DNA of 64,000 nt from Guillardia theta CCMP2712 (Eukaryota; Protista; Cryptophyta), in contig NW_005434465.1 in the NCBI RefSeq assembly GCF_000315625.1, forward strand, positions 11,480 through 75,479. The letters run 5' to 3'. The notes beneath the pieces were generated by a model. The model worked only from the letters and a program-made list of their open reading frames with translations. It was not told the DNA's origin and searched no databases. Below, piece by piece: positions 37,668 to 52,352 of this stretch. Both the position numbers and the translations under genes were made by a program. Every line of letters begins with the position of its first letter. Position 1 is the first letter of the stretch.

Positions 37668-38206
37668 TCAAGATTGCGGGAAAACATTCTGAGTTCGTTC
37701 CTGAGGAGAACTCAGCCGCCAGATAAGTGGCAGCGTTAGCAGCAGCTTGTCATGCAATGGGGCTCAAGGAGAAGGGGGCAGGAGGTTGGAGAAGATTAAC
37801 ACCAAATGAATTCAACATGCTGTCAGTGCAGGCCTTGTTCGTCAGCAACACACAGGCATGACCTCACAGGGATAAATGACCAGAGAGAAAATGAGAGAAG
37901 CAACCAGAGGTAGCAATCACAAACAAAATGAAAATTCAAGTTGCGCACTGCTTCGCACATCCCTAGCCAAATCTGTCTCTTGCTACTTGTAGAGTGGGGG
38001 CAGGGACAAGGCACAATAAGTCGCTAAGGAGAGTACATCACAAGCATGAGCCTTGAACCTGGAAAAAGAGATCTTGATCAGAACACGCCTCTCGCTGCTG
38101 TCGACCATCATCACTCTCAAAGAATTCTCGTTATTTCACAAGGAGAAGCACGAAGCAGGAGTCGAAGTTTCACTCACGAAACTTGTTGAGCTGAGCGTCA
38201 CTGAGC

Positions 38207-38794
38207 TCAGAGGGGAACGTACGGCCCGAAGCTGACGGCATCCACAGGCACATCCCCTCGTGGAAGTGACCCTCTGTAGGTAGCCACGAACTTGTCCTCG
38301 CTGGGATACTTGATGCTGATTCTCTTCTGGATCTGACGGAGTTGCTCCCGTCTGGTAGCGCCGGCAGCATCGATATGATCCCTAGAGTGAGCCATATGCT
38401 TCTGCGACATCATCACATGGTGTGGGGCATGCACATGGACAGGCATTGCAGTGCTTCGTTCAGCAAGCGACTGTTCTCTCGCATGCCTCCGAGCCGCAAG
38501 CTGCCTGGGGCCCAGGAGACCGTCTGTGGCCAAATCGACGTTCCTCTTTCTCTGAAAGTCACCATTCATTGCAGCCTTGAAGAAGTCAGAGAGCGAAGAG
38601 TCCGCTCGCAGCGCCACATGGTGCCTAGCGCTCCCACGCACTCTCCCTCTCCTTACTTCCTGCTCTAACTCAGTCCAGCCCCTCGAGTTCTTGCCCTCTG
38701 CATCTCCTGATGCAAAAATTGAGCTTCTGGTCATCACCAGCGCTGCCATCGTCATCACAACCGCCGCCACCGCCGCTACCAGCTTCCACGCCAT
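38207..38794 (-). CDS. Hypothetical secreted or membrane-anchored protein
   Basis: MAWKLVAAVAAVVMTMAALV hydrophobic N-terminus, ~195-aa open frame; may have further 3' exons. Confidence 0.55.
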   Translation of the reverse strand: MAWKLVAAVAAVVMTMAALVMTRSSIFASGDAEGKNSRGWTELEQEVRRGRVRGSARHHVALRADSSLSDFFKAAMNGDFQRKRNVDLATDGLLGPRQLAARRHAREQSLAERSTAMPVHVHAPHHVMMSQKHMAHSRDHIDAAGATRREQLRQIQKRISIKYPSEDKFVATYRGSLPRGDVPVDAVSFGPYVPL

Positions 38795-38829
38795 GGCAGC
38801 CCGCAGTCCAGACAATTTGCCTCCTCGAC

Positions 38830-40260
38830 TAGGGGTACTCTGTGGTCTGTAAGGGTAGGGGTATAGTAATATACCCTTTTTTCCGGGATATTAAGTATGA
38901 TAATAAGGGTGGGGGTAGTAAGATAAGGGGTACTCGACCATGCGGTAGAAGTTATTTGTGGGGTGGGGACAGACTGGATGCGAAGAGACACGAAACTGAA
39001 AATAACGGTTTTATAGATCCTAGGACAATACTAGAACCAATAGGTCATATCGCTTCGATTGATTATTTTTAAAATATTCGCCGGAATTTTCCCCTCATAC
39101 GTCCTGCGATTCAAACATATGGGCCTGAGAGGGGATGGGACACTCCTAATACCACCCACCCTATCCCAATAGTACCCACCCATACCCATGAATCCGGAAT
39201 TCACAGACCCCACCCTACATCAGAGTTTCAGTTCTTGAAGACTACCCCTAGCTTGCACTTGTTTATTCCATCTTTACATTTTATACCACCCACCCTTGAT
39301 TTGAACCCACACCGTCAAGACAAAGTCCTGGACCCCTACCCCAATCTCGTGAGGGACCCCTGCGTAGAGTGGTGGTCACCCACGGGAAAAGAACACCCCT
39401 TGGTGGTTACTGTGAAACGGTTACGACCCCTCCTTCCTCAACTTCTCAGTACCCCTCCTGCCTCAACTTATCAGTCACCCACCCCACCTCACTACCGACC
39501 TGCTCACCTTCCCTTTGACCACCCGTCCCTTTATATCCATTTTCACCCGTGCCGCTAGACCTTCCGATGTATTATTGACCCCACCTCTCCCATCAATTTC
39601 ATAATTTGACCACCCTACCCCTCCATACCTACACGGGCCCCCACTGATGAACCACTTCCGGCCTCTACATTTTTGACACCCTACCCCCTGCAGCCTAGAT
39701 TGACCTACCCCAGTTTACAACAACAACCTACCCCACCCCAGCATTCTGAACTTCAGGCCCATCTACGCCTTTCTATACACCACCCTCTCAATCCCCTGAA
39801 AACTACCCACCCATCTCATGCGACCATTCTCGCACTGTGAGATGACAATTTCCAGTGATCGCCCCACCCCTATTACTACCTATCTACCCACCCTTTACCC
39901 AGTTCTGAGGTACCCCACCCCATATTTACCTATCATTCCTTCCGATTTGATAGTGTAGGACCACTACCCACACGTTCAACTTGAACAGGACCCACCCTGC
40001 TCATTTCCTGTACCCCACTCCACCAGTCACACCACCCCTCCTTACCTGAACTTCACATATCACCCTACCATAAAAATGAAGCACCCTTCTGTTATAAAAG
40101 ATACCCCTCCGTTGTAGACCCCTACCTACATTGTATCCGATAAGTACCCCTCGTCTTGACAATTACTCCTAAGGCAATCACCCTCCCTACAAAATGACCA
40201 CCCCTCATGACCCCACCCATCCATGGGTACCTACCACCCCCCGTGTCAGTTCGCCTCAGC
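38830..40260. other. Strand-asymmetric CCCACCC/CTACCC-rich non-coding tract between divergent genes
   Basis: Dozens of cccaccc/ctaccc words, very G-poor on + over ~39150-40260. Confidence 0.7.
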
Positions 40261-40821
40261 CCCTGGAGTTGGGACGCTAACCGTCCATGGCACAACGAGA
40301 GCGGGGGAGTGATAGAGCAGGACAAGACAAGAAGAGGGAGAGGGGGGGGGGGGGGGAAGTAACCTCTGTGTGGGAGAGAAACAACCAAGAGAATGGCTTG
40401 GTGCTTGTAACGAAGAAATCGAGCAGCGCTGATGAAATTGTGAACCCTTCCGATTCGATTCTGCGTAGTGGCCACTGTGTGAATCCCAAACAAGCATCAG
40501 TAGCCCACAGTTCGAATACAGAAGTGAGATGCAGCCGCATCACAAGATATGATATTGTTCATGGGCTGGGAGCGCCAGTAGGGTTGGCTGCGTCTTGATT
40601 TCGACGAGAAAAATTGATTTCACAGTCGTACTATCGTTGTTACAAAGCTTGTTGAGAAATTTCTGATGAATATTGATCTGTGAACAAACAGAGTTGTTAG
40701 TCACAAGAGATTGTTGATACTTAAATCGTTTTGAAGACTTCCAATTTTTGGATACTGTTTGAATTGTGTAGCAGGACAACATAGCTGACGTATCGTGAAC
40801 AGAATTTGCGTTTTCGTCCAG

Positions 40822-42414
<1,593 letters not shown>

Positions 42415-42591
42415 AGGAGGAGGAGGGTTGTAAGTGTGAAGGGGTGGGGTCGGGGAGGGCGGGGGTGGGAGGAGGAGAGAGCGTAGAGGAGGGGGGAGGC
42501 TTAAGGCGCTGTTATGTCATTTTCCATGCCAAACATCATAATTGTAATACAAATCTAAAACAAGCATTCCTACGCCTCCCTCTCCTCCTTG

Positions 42592-44676
42592 TTACGCCAG
42601 CGCGAAGCCCTTGGCCCGTCTCATGAGCAGGATGAGTGCGAGGGAGCGGAAGAAGACGAAGATGCCGATGAGGACAAGGCCATACACCCACCAGTCTCCG
42701 GGCTTGATGTCGTTCTGCGTGATGACGGACATGCAGCTGGCGTGCTGGCTGGAGCTCTCGGGGCAGCCCAAGTTGAACTCGTTGAGGAGGAAGAGGTTGA
42801 TGCCGAACTTAAGGGAGCAGAGGTACTGAGCCCAACGGATCCACACGGGAATCTGTTGGATCTTGATGAAGAAGCCCGCAAACAAGATCTGAGGCACGAA
42901 GATGGCTGGAGCCGCCTGCATGGCCACCTGCACGTTGCTTGCGATGCAGCCAGCGACGAGGGCGGTGGAGGAGGCGGCCATGCCGATGAGCCACAGGGTG
43001 AGGACGTGGAGGATGAAGTTGCCCTTGAGGGCTTCGAGCCAGTAGGCGACAAGGAAGGTGATGATGCTGGTCGAGAACGTCAACGGCAGCTCCGTCACGA
43101 GCTTCGACCAGAAGTAGGGGATCGCCCCGTATGTGCCCGTCGCGTACTCGCGGAGAAACCTGGGGCGCTCGGAGGGGAAGAGGAGGATGACAGGCTGGGA
43201 GGCTCCGAACATGCCGCTGATGGCGAGGTTGGCGAGAGCTCCGAAGTGAGACTGCGTGTCCGTCGAGTCTCCGATCTTGTAGAAGATGAGAGAGAAGATG
43301 AGAGTCAGCATGATGGTCGAGCCGTATCTCGCCTTCAGTGACCCAGTGTCTCGTAGCACGCTCTGTATGTCTCTCTTGCCCAGCGCTATGAACTGAACCG
43401 TCCATGGCGCTTGGCTTCGCTTCAGTTTGTGCAGTGGCATGCCTCCCCTTCCGGCCTCACTCTGAGCCTGAGCGTGGGGGTTGAAGCCCTTCCTGGCGAC
43501 CTCGAACTGGTCGCTGATACCCTGCAGCACCTGCTTATCCAGCGTCTGCATCAGGAACATCACGTGGTCCGCCGGGTTCGTCTCAGGCGGCACGGGGTAG
43601 CCGCAGGTGAGCAGGTACTGCGCCATGTGGTCGACCCGCCCATCGAAGAAGGTCCTGCCGTCAGCGAGGAGGAGGACGCGGTCGAAGAGGTGGAAGACTT
43701 CCGAGGAGGGCTGGTGGATGGTGCAGAGGACGGTGCAGCCAAGAGACGCGAGATCCTTGAGCGCGTTCACCACGTTGAAGGCAGCGTACGAGTCGAGGCC
43801 TGAGGTGGGCTCGTCGAGGAAGAGGATGGACGGGGAGGTGATGAGCTCGACGCCGATGCTCGTTCTCCTGCAGTCTTGTCAACAAACGTTGAGCGCTCCT
43901 CCGACACTCTGACGGGACGGAGACGAGGAGAAGAGGAGGTAGAGAGGAGAGGGAGGGGGAGGAGGAGGAGGAGGGCGTCACCTCTTCTCGCCGCCTGAGA
44001 TGCCCTTGATCAGCTCGTTTCCTATCATCGTGTCCGCGCACTTCTCCAGGTGGAGGATCTGAATCACGTCCTCCACCATCCGCTCTCGCTCCTCTCGCGA
44101 CACCGAGGACGGCAGCCTCAGCCTCGCGCTGAACTCCAGCGCCTCTCGCGGCGTCGCCGTCGGGCACAGCGTGTCCTCCTGGGTCACGTAGGCGATGTTG
44201 GGGCCGAGTTGGTCGGCATGGATCGCGTTCCCGTTGATGGAGAACTTGGAGGTCACAACATGCCCGTTCATCGACATGATCCTCCCGCTCAGCACGTTGA
44301 GCAGCGACGTCTTGCCGCTACCGCTCGCTCCCATGATAGCGATCACCTCCCCTGGGTGCGCGACCCCCGAGAGATTCTTGAGCACGCGCGGGTCCTTGTG
44401 AGACTTGGCGACGGTCTTGGGGGACAAGGTGAAGTTGACGCCCGACCAGGCGAAGTGAGCTTTGTTCCCGACCCGGAGCGAGCTTCCTCTCAGGGACCGG
44501 CTGCTCGCTGAGTTCATGTGCGTCAACTGCTGCTTGCTCACGGCAGGAGCAGCGTGCTGCCCCTTGCTGGGCTGCTCCTCCAGGGAGTACTCGAGGGGAT
44601 GGACGGAGAATCCTCGGATGCCGTTGTCAGCGTTGGCGACCTGCGGGTAGAAGGAGCTCATGTGTCCTTCCTCCAT
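42592..44676 (-). CDS. ABCG (White-family) half transporter, one intron (~43869-43980)
   Basis: Walker A GASGSGKT, AYVTQED, ISGGEKR, FLDEPTSGLDS, TIHQPSSEVF, C-terminal ABC2 TM domain. Confidence 0.96.
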
Positions 44677-45209
44677 GCTGCACAGAAACCAGTCAAGACG
44701 GCAGAGCTAGTGGACGAGAGGGGAAGGAAATAGAAAACATACAACATGAAACATACAACATGAAACATTACAACATATCTTGACTCTGTTATCTCAAGTG
44801 GCACCTCAGGTGAAGGCATGACTCTCAAACTACCATCCTCATCTTTCAGCTTCCTCATGAATCTAATCTATACCAATCGTCAATAATTTCCTGCATCGGC
44901 TGATAAATAGCGTTGTCTATGAAGCTACAACTGCGTCTGACCCTTCCCTTGGCTCTCCTGCTCCTCATGTTCTATTTCTCATACCTTTGCTCTCGTCCCT
45001 TTCCTCCTTGAAACTTGTCTTTGTTCTCTTGCTCATGCCTCTGACTTCTTCATTCTTCTTTTCTACGGTTCTCGTCTTTGCTATCCCATCTCCTCTCCGC
45101 TCCCTCCTCCTCTCTCCCTCTCTCTCCTCCTCTCCTCCTCTCTTGCTCTGTCCGCTTGCTGTCTGCATTCCATCGCTTCGTTCATTGCAATTGTGCGATA
45201 CACCAAGCT

Positions 45210-47450
45210 CAGATACTACCCTACCCTCAACCTTCGAGTCCCTACAAAATCTCCCACTACCCCTTCTTTGAGCGTACAATACCCCCTTTATTAGATGGTC
45301 TTTTCATCTCTGATCACCCTCACTCCCTCTCAACCACAGGAAGTACCCCACCCCCACCCTCCTCTCGACCTTCAAAGCCTTCGCGCACTTCAGGCTTCGA
45401 ATTTCCTCTTGTATGTCCAAAGAGTGTCCAACCACCCCACCCCCTCTACACCCTATTAAGTCTGGAACCCACCCACCCTGGTGACAACCAGGGCCTCCTC
45501 CACGTGTTGTTTTGAAAGTACCGCACACACACGGTACCCCCGAGTGATCAGTGACTACCCTACCTGTTGACTCTATCTTCACCGGTGGTATCCAATGATG
45601 AACGGAGATATCCCGGCATACACCGGAGCATAGGGTGGGGTCAATGAGATGGCCGGGGGGTGGGGTACTCAGTGGTCAGTAGGGTGATGCCAGGGTGCTA
45701 ACACGTTGCAAGCCTGCGGGACCGACCCGACCAGTCACTACCGGTACTGTATGACGTCGAGTACCCCACCACCTCTCACACTCAACTTCCAAGTTGGAAC
45801 TTGGACCGGTGGTACTACCCTACTAGGCCCGCCAGGACTTCCCCCCTGCCGGGATCTCCCTGGGTCACGTGACAGTGACTGCACTGATCAGTGTCAGGGT
45901 CAAGCCTCCTTGTCTCTCCTGATTGTCCTCGTACTGATTTTTAACTTAACTTTGAGTAAATGATCGCACTGATCTGCCTCCTACCCTCCTGATTGTCCCG
46001 GTCCACGTACTGATTTTTAACTTGACTAAGTTGCCAGTAAACTCAGTACTACCGTACGTAGACCAGCCTCAGTCCGGCACCCCGTGCCCGGCACTGGTTG
46101 AACTTGAAACTTCGCGGCCCGATCGGCATACCGGGGCCGTACGGTCTGCGGCGGCCGCCCGGCCCGGCCCAGGGTTAGAGGCTAGTAGTGACACCATCAT
46201 CGGACTGAGGCTTCCGGCTGCCGGGCCCGCCGCGCCCCTCAACGTGGCTCGGGAGTCGGCGTCACGCGGACTTGGCGCAGACCGGGTGCCGCGCAGTGCC
46301 GCCGCAATCATGGCATCATACTATGATGATCAGTGATGCGGCCCAGGCTGCCGCCGCGAGTCCGGACCGTCTGAGTCCGAGTCTCAGAGTCTCCGAGGCT
46401 CAGTCAGAGTCACAGGCTGGCCTGAGGGCCGGTCACCCCGGTGGCCCCCGGGCGGCCGGGCGTCACGGCGTTGCCGCCTCAGGCTCCGGGGCCGCCGCAC
46501 TGATCGGAGTCCGATCCGGACTCGGATCGGACTCCGGCTTCCGCTGGGCAGCCCGGCACTTGACCGCGCTGAGGCCCGGGCCGCGGGAGGCTCCGAGTTA
46601 CTGACCGTTCGGTCACGGTGGGCCCCGGCGGGCCCCGCCGGACTCGGCCCGGATCAAAATCATCGGCGGGCGAGGGATGATAATCCGAGCCTTCACGGTT
46701 CAACGGTTTACTAACTTGCTGAGTCGAAATTCGCACGGTCAGTTGGCACTTCCAGGCTCACTCAGAGGCGGGGGCCGCTCCGGGTTCAGAGTCCTCGAAA
46801 CCGCGTTCAACATGGCACGCCAGAAGTTCAGGCCCTACCGTATAGTACCACGGTCGCACTGTCACCGGGCAGGCTCGGCGAACTTGGGCGCGGCGACTGA
46901 GCCGTAGTATAATTAATTTACTAAGCTCGGCCCGGGAGTCACAGTCACTGGCAAGCCTTCCGAACGGTTCGCCTGGCCGGGCAGCCGCGGAGTCAAGTTG
47001 CCTCCGCCGGGGCGGAAACCGTACGCCGGGTACTACGTCCTGGCCCGGGCCCTCACTCAGGCTCGGCGCCGGGCCGCTGGCAGCTCGCCTCGGCGGCGGT
47101 GACTCTCGCATCCGTCGGATCAGCCTCAGTACGCCGGGCTTCAGTGCCGCACCGCCTGGCGGGGCACCGTACTGTACGGCAGCCAGTGTCACATCCGGGA
47201 CCGGACTCCGCCGCATGACTCGTGATGGCCCGCCCCCGACGGTGACTCGGCGGACTCCGAGGCTTGCCGCGGCGCGCGCGGCGCCGCCGGCGGCCTCCGA
47301 CTGAGTCGCCGCGCCCCTCCGCCGCCCCCCGGGCCGCCACGTGGCCGCCGCACCGGGACCGACCGCCCGCCCGCCTGACGGACCGCAGGCTCACAGAGTC
47401 ACGCGGCCGGCCGCGCCGTGTCAGCGCCTGCCCGGCGCTCGGACCGTACG
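45210..47450. other. Bipartite non-coding module in reverse orientation: CCCTAC-rich tract (~45210-45700) + 1.75-kb CG-rich palindromic word mosaic
   Basis: Recurrent ccgagtc/gactcgg, ccgtacgg, ggcccggg, tcacggt, gatcggactc; no long perfect repeat. Confidence 0.65.
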
Positions 47451-47451
47451 G

Positions 47452-49841
47452 TCAGACTTGCCTGACCTCCGAGGCCTTGTCGATGGATCGCCGGCTGACG
47501 GGTGAGAGCGAGCGATGGCCCCGAGGGTTCAACTGCTCCAGCTTGACGTTAGTCCCCCGGCACCCTCGGCCCTCCTCTCACCATCGTCACTTGACGCTCG
47601 CTCTCGCGTCGCCGGAAGCGAGCGGCTTGTTGGACAAGCTCGTACTCGAGGGCCCTGAGCTCGATCTCCTTCCCCTCCTTGTAGTCCTGGTAGAACTTCC
47701 TCGCCCTGTCCATCATCTCTCGCATCTCCGCCAGCTTCTTCTCAAGCGACTCTCTTGTCTCGTGCTCGTCAACGGCAGGAAACTCTTGTCCTTTCGACCT
47801 TGTCAGTCGCTCCATGTGTTGATGTACCTCCTCAAGCATGTTGGGGAGCTGCAAAGAAGTCACTCAGGGAAGGACAGAAGGCAGCGGTGAAGTACCTGCT
47901 CGCTCCTCGTCTCTCCGCTCCTCTCGCCTCCTCTCGCTAGCTCGTGGAGGCTGATTATCCTGACAGCCAGCTGATCCACAAGGGCATCCTGCTGCCTCAT
48001 CCTTTCCTGCAGCATGCTCCTCTCTTTCCCCATCTCTTGCAGCGACTGGCTGAGATCTCTTTCCGCCTGCGAGATCACTTCGCATCGCATCCTCCACCTC
48101 TCCGCCTCATCCCTCGCCGACTTCCTCTCCTGCTGCGTGGCCTGTAAGTTCTGCCTCGCCTCCAGCAGCTCGCCTTCCATCCTCGCCATCTTCGATCGCA
48201 TTTCCGCGAGCTCCCCACGGGTCTGCTGCAGCACGAGGCTCATCGATGCTTCTCTCCCTCTCGCGTCCTCTCTCTCTGCCGTCACTTGCTCTAGCTGCGC
48301 CCTCAGCTCAGTCTGCCTCCCTCCGCCACCAGCTGATCGCCAGCTGATCCTTGTCGCTCGTCCGAGTTCTTGTTTGCCTCGACACGCTTCGCGAGCTTCC
48401 CGACGGCCATGACGGTCTCGTTGAGATGCTTCTGAGTCTCGTTGGCTGACTCCAGCAGCGTCATCACGCGCTTGATCTCATCCTCCTCGCTTCGCTCCAC
48501 ATCGGCTGTCATGGACTTGAACCCGATCCCGAGCTCCTCCACAGCTGCAAGCGCTTCCCGCATCTCCTCCTGCGCCGCTCGGGTCTGCGCGAGCACATAC
48601 TGCCTGTCCCTCTCGTACTCCTGCAGACTCTCCTGGAGTGACAGCCGGTTGGACTGCAGCTGCTCGATCTCCTCCTTTCTCTGCGTCGCCTCGCGCTTGA
48701 GTTCTTCGATGCTGGCGAGCAGCATGGTTCTCTCTAACGACAGAGCCTTCACGTCCTGCTGCAGCCGCCCTGTCTCAGCCCCTCCTCTTCCACTCTCATC
48801 GACATGCTGGTGGCCGTTGGAGGCAGAGGGACTGGAGGACTGAGGCTGAGGTGCCGCAAGCCTGATGGGCAGGCGGGGTCGAGAAATCACAGGTGCCTTA
48901 TGCGGGTTAACTTCTTCAGTCGCAGGGGCAGAAGGCTTGACAGGTTGGTGCTGGCTGAGACTGCGTTCTATGGGCAGGCGAGGGACAGCAGCTGGTCGCG
49001 TTCGTGCCAGCTCTTGAACGTCTGCTGCCTCCTCCATGACCTTGACGGACCTTGAAGCAGGAGCAAGGTAGGTGGGACTCAACGAGCTGCGGTCGGGTAA
49101 CGATATTCTTGACGCATCCAACCAGGAAGGGGGGTAGGAGGAGGAAGAGAGCGGGGGAGAGGAGCAGCTTTCTGCGTCCTCTTCAGTCATCACCTGCGTC
49201 CTCTTAAGCTTCACGTTGATCAACCTGAACTTTCCTCGCTCGTCTCTCCTCGCTTCCCCAGCCACCACGTAGCGCTTCACCGTCAGGTCGACCATCTCCC
49301 CAACTCCCCCTGACAGCATCGACTTCACCATCCCCACGTTGTGCGGCACACGCTGCCCGTCGATGGCGAAGATGACGTCTCCGTTGCACAGCCAGCCAGT
49401 CCTGAGGGGAACGCACAGCCAGTCAGCCGAGTGCCATCAGCATCGAGCAAGAAAATCAGCGCCGACCTGGCAGCGGGGCTCCCGGCGATGATAGACTCGA
49501 TGACGACCTCCCCTCGCTCGTTGGGGATGATGACAAGCCCGCAGTGACCTCGCAGGTTTAGAGGAGGAGAGAGGCTTCTTGCGTTCCTCTGCTTTGGCTC
49601 CTCCCTCTCTGCCGATGGGCTCCGTTGAGCGCCATGGTGCTTATAGCGGTTGTCATGCGGCGCATGCTCGCCCATGAGGGAACCAGCGCTGTTGAAGAGC
49701 TCCTCTCCAAGCTTCGTGAAGCGATCGAAGATCCCAGGCTCCTCCATCTGCTACCACAAGAGACTGTCAGATCATGAAGTTTGACACAGGAGAAGCCGTC
49801 AACAATGTCCTTCACCTCCTGAGGCTGTTCTCCTCCATCAT
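47452..49841 (-). CDS. PDZ-domain + long coiled-coil protein, multi-exon
   Basis: GLVIIPNERGEVVIESIIAGSPAARSG..GDVIFAIDG..VDLTVKR (PDZ); Glu/Arg/Gln heptad-rich exons; last exon ..SEVRQV*. Confidence 0.8.
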
Positions 49842-49960
49842 GAAGAGTTTCGTTTCCTCCCTCTCTTCTTTCTTCTTCTCTCTTTGTTCTCCTACTCTTC
49901 CGCCTCTCTCAGTTCCAAGTCCGATCTCTACCCCTCATCCTCCTTGTCCTTGTCGTTGTC

Positions 49961-50002
<42 letters not shown>

Positions 50003-51206
50003 CTCCTCTTCTCCTTCGGCATTTTCTCTTCGGAGTTCTGTCGCCGGTCTCGTTTTTTTGTCATTGCTTTATTGACTGAAAAAGAAGGGCAAACCGGAGC
50101 AAACAAAGGAGGGGGAGGATAAGGCCTACAAACCCGCCTCAATAAAATACTAGGAAACGAAGGAGGCAGCGAAAACCGGCACTCCAACCACGTAAGCGAC
50201 GGCATGCACGACAAGCAGGGGAACAAGGATCAGGACAAAGAGCAGTAGCGCAAGGCTGAGATGAGATGAGATGAGATGAGAAGAGGAGAGAAGAGAAGAC
50301 AAGAGATGAGATGACAAGAGAAGAGATGAGATCAGAAGAGATGAGAAGAGAAGAGAAGAGAAGAGAAGAGAAGAGAAGAGAAGAGAAGAGAAGAGAAGAG
50401 ATGAGATGAGATGAGATGAGATGAGAAGAGGAGAGAAGAGAAGAGATGAGAAGAGAAGAGATGAGATCAGAAGAGATGAGAAGAGAAGAGAAGAGAAGAG
50501 ATGAGATGACAAAAGAAGAGAAGAGAAGAGATGAGAAGAGAAGAGATGAGATGAGATGACAAGAGAAGAGAAGAGAAGAGAAGAGATGAGATGAGATGAG
50601 ATGAGATGAGGAGAGAAGAGAAGAGAAGAGATGAGATGAGATGAGAAGAGGAGAGATGAGTCGAGATGAGAAGAGAAGAGAAGAGAAGAGAAGAGATGAG
50701 ATGAGATGAGATGAGATGAGATGAGAAGGGAGGGGAGAAAAGGAGCAAAAGAAAGAGGCTGAGGTGGAGTAAGGTGAGGTCAGAAGAGACAAGAGAGGAG
50801 ATTTTAGAGGAGGAGAGAGGCTTCTTGCGTTCCTCTGCTTTGGCTCCTCCCTCTCTGCCGATGGGCTCCGTTGAGCGCCATGGTGCTTATAGCGGTTGTC
50901 ATGCGGCGCATGCTCGCCCATGAGGGAACCAGCGCTGTTGAAGAGCTCCTCTCCAAGCTTCGTGAAGCGATCGAAGATCCCAGGCTCCTCCATCTGCTAC
51001 CACAAGAGACTGTCAGATCATGAAGTTTGACACAGGAGAAGCCGTCAACAATGTCCTTCACCTCCTGAGGCTGTTCTCCTCCATCATGAAGAGTTTCGTT
51101 TCCTCCCTCTCTTCTTTCTTCTTCTCTCTTTGTTCTCCTACTCTTCCGCCTCTCTCAGTTCCAAGTCCGATCTCTACCCCTCATCCTCCTTGTCCTTGTC
51201 GTTGTC

Positions 51207-51254
<48 letters not shown>

Positions 51255-52083
51255 CTCCTCCTCCTCCTCCTCCTCCTCCTCCTCGTCCTCGTCCTCCTCC
51301 TCTTCTCCTTCGGCATTTTCTCTTCGGTCTCGTTTTTTTGTCATTGCTTTATTGACTGAAAAAGAAGGGCAAACCGGAGCAAACAAAGGAGGGGGAGGAT
51401 AAGGCCTACAAACCCGCCTCAATAAAATACTAGGAAACGAAGGAGGCAGCGAAAACCGGCACTCCAACCACGTAAGCGACGGCATGCACGACAAGCAGGG
51501 GAACAAGGATCAGGACAAAGAGCAGTAGCGCAAGGCTGAGATGAGATGAGATGAGATGAGAAGAGGAGAGAAGAGAAGAGAAGAGATGAGATGACAAGAG
51601 AAGAGATGAGATCAGAAGAGATGAGAAGAGAAGAGAAGAGAAGAGAAGAGAGAGAGAGAGAAAGAGAGTGAGATGAGATGAGAAGAGAAGAGAAGAGAAG
51701 AGAAGAGAAGAGAAGAGAAGAGAAGAGAAGAGATGACAAGAGAAGAGATGAGAAGAGAAGGGAAGAGATGAGAAGCGAAGAGAAGAGATGAGAAGAGAAG
51801 AGAAGAGATGAGAAGAGAAGAGATGAGAAGAGAAGAGAAGAGATGAGAAGAGATGAGAAGANNNNNNNNNNNNNNNNNNNNNNNNNNNNNNNNNNNNNNN
51901 NNNNNNNNNNNNNNNNNNNNNNNNNNNNNNNNNNNNNNNNNNNNNNNNNNNNNNNNNNNNNGAGAAGAGATGAGATGAGATGAGATGAGATGAGATGAGA
52001 TGAGATGAGAAGGGAGGGGAGAAAAGGAGCAAAAGAAAGAGGCTGAGGTGGAGTAAGGTGAGGTCAGAAGAGACAAGAGAGGA
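49557..52083. repeat. Tandem duplication (offset 1246 bp) of the 5' end and promoter of the PDZ gene plus (GAGAA/GAGAT)n satellite
   Basis: 49557-50800 is near-identical to 50803-52083; they differ by microsatellite lengths and a 14-nt indel; N-gap in the second copy. Confidence 0.9.
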
Positions 52084-52352
52084 GAGGGGAGGGGGGGGGA
52101 GGGGTAGAGCAAGGGGTGGAGAGGAAGAGAGGGTTGCGACAAGAGAGAAAAAGAAAGGGCGAGGTGAGGAGGTTGTGTAACAAGAGAAGAAAACAGTGGA
52201 GCATGCAAGGAAGAATCTCCCGTGCTAATCTCTGCATGCAGATGGCCGATGAGCCAACTCTAAAGATATGTAGAACTAATGTACAACTATGCCTAAAATG
52301 ATGCTAAGTCATAATCTGATGTAGCACACCATCATCCTTAAAACTTCACTGA

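Noticed and set aside
42589-43803. Long plus-strand ORFs
   Set aside because: Antisense shadows of the GC3-rich ABCG coding sequence; likewise opposite the V-ATPase and polycystin
46022-47394. Ala/Arg/Gly/Pro-rich ORFs on both strands
   Set aside because: Stop-poor GC-rich mosaic with no motifs or splice structure
50139-52208. Long SSLLF/SSHLI ORFs
   Set aside because: Translations of the (GAGAA/GAGAT)n satellite
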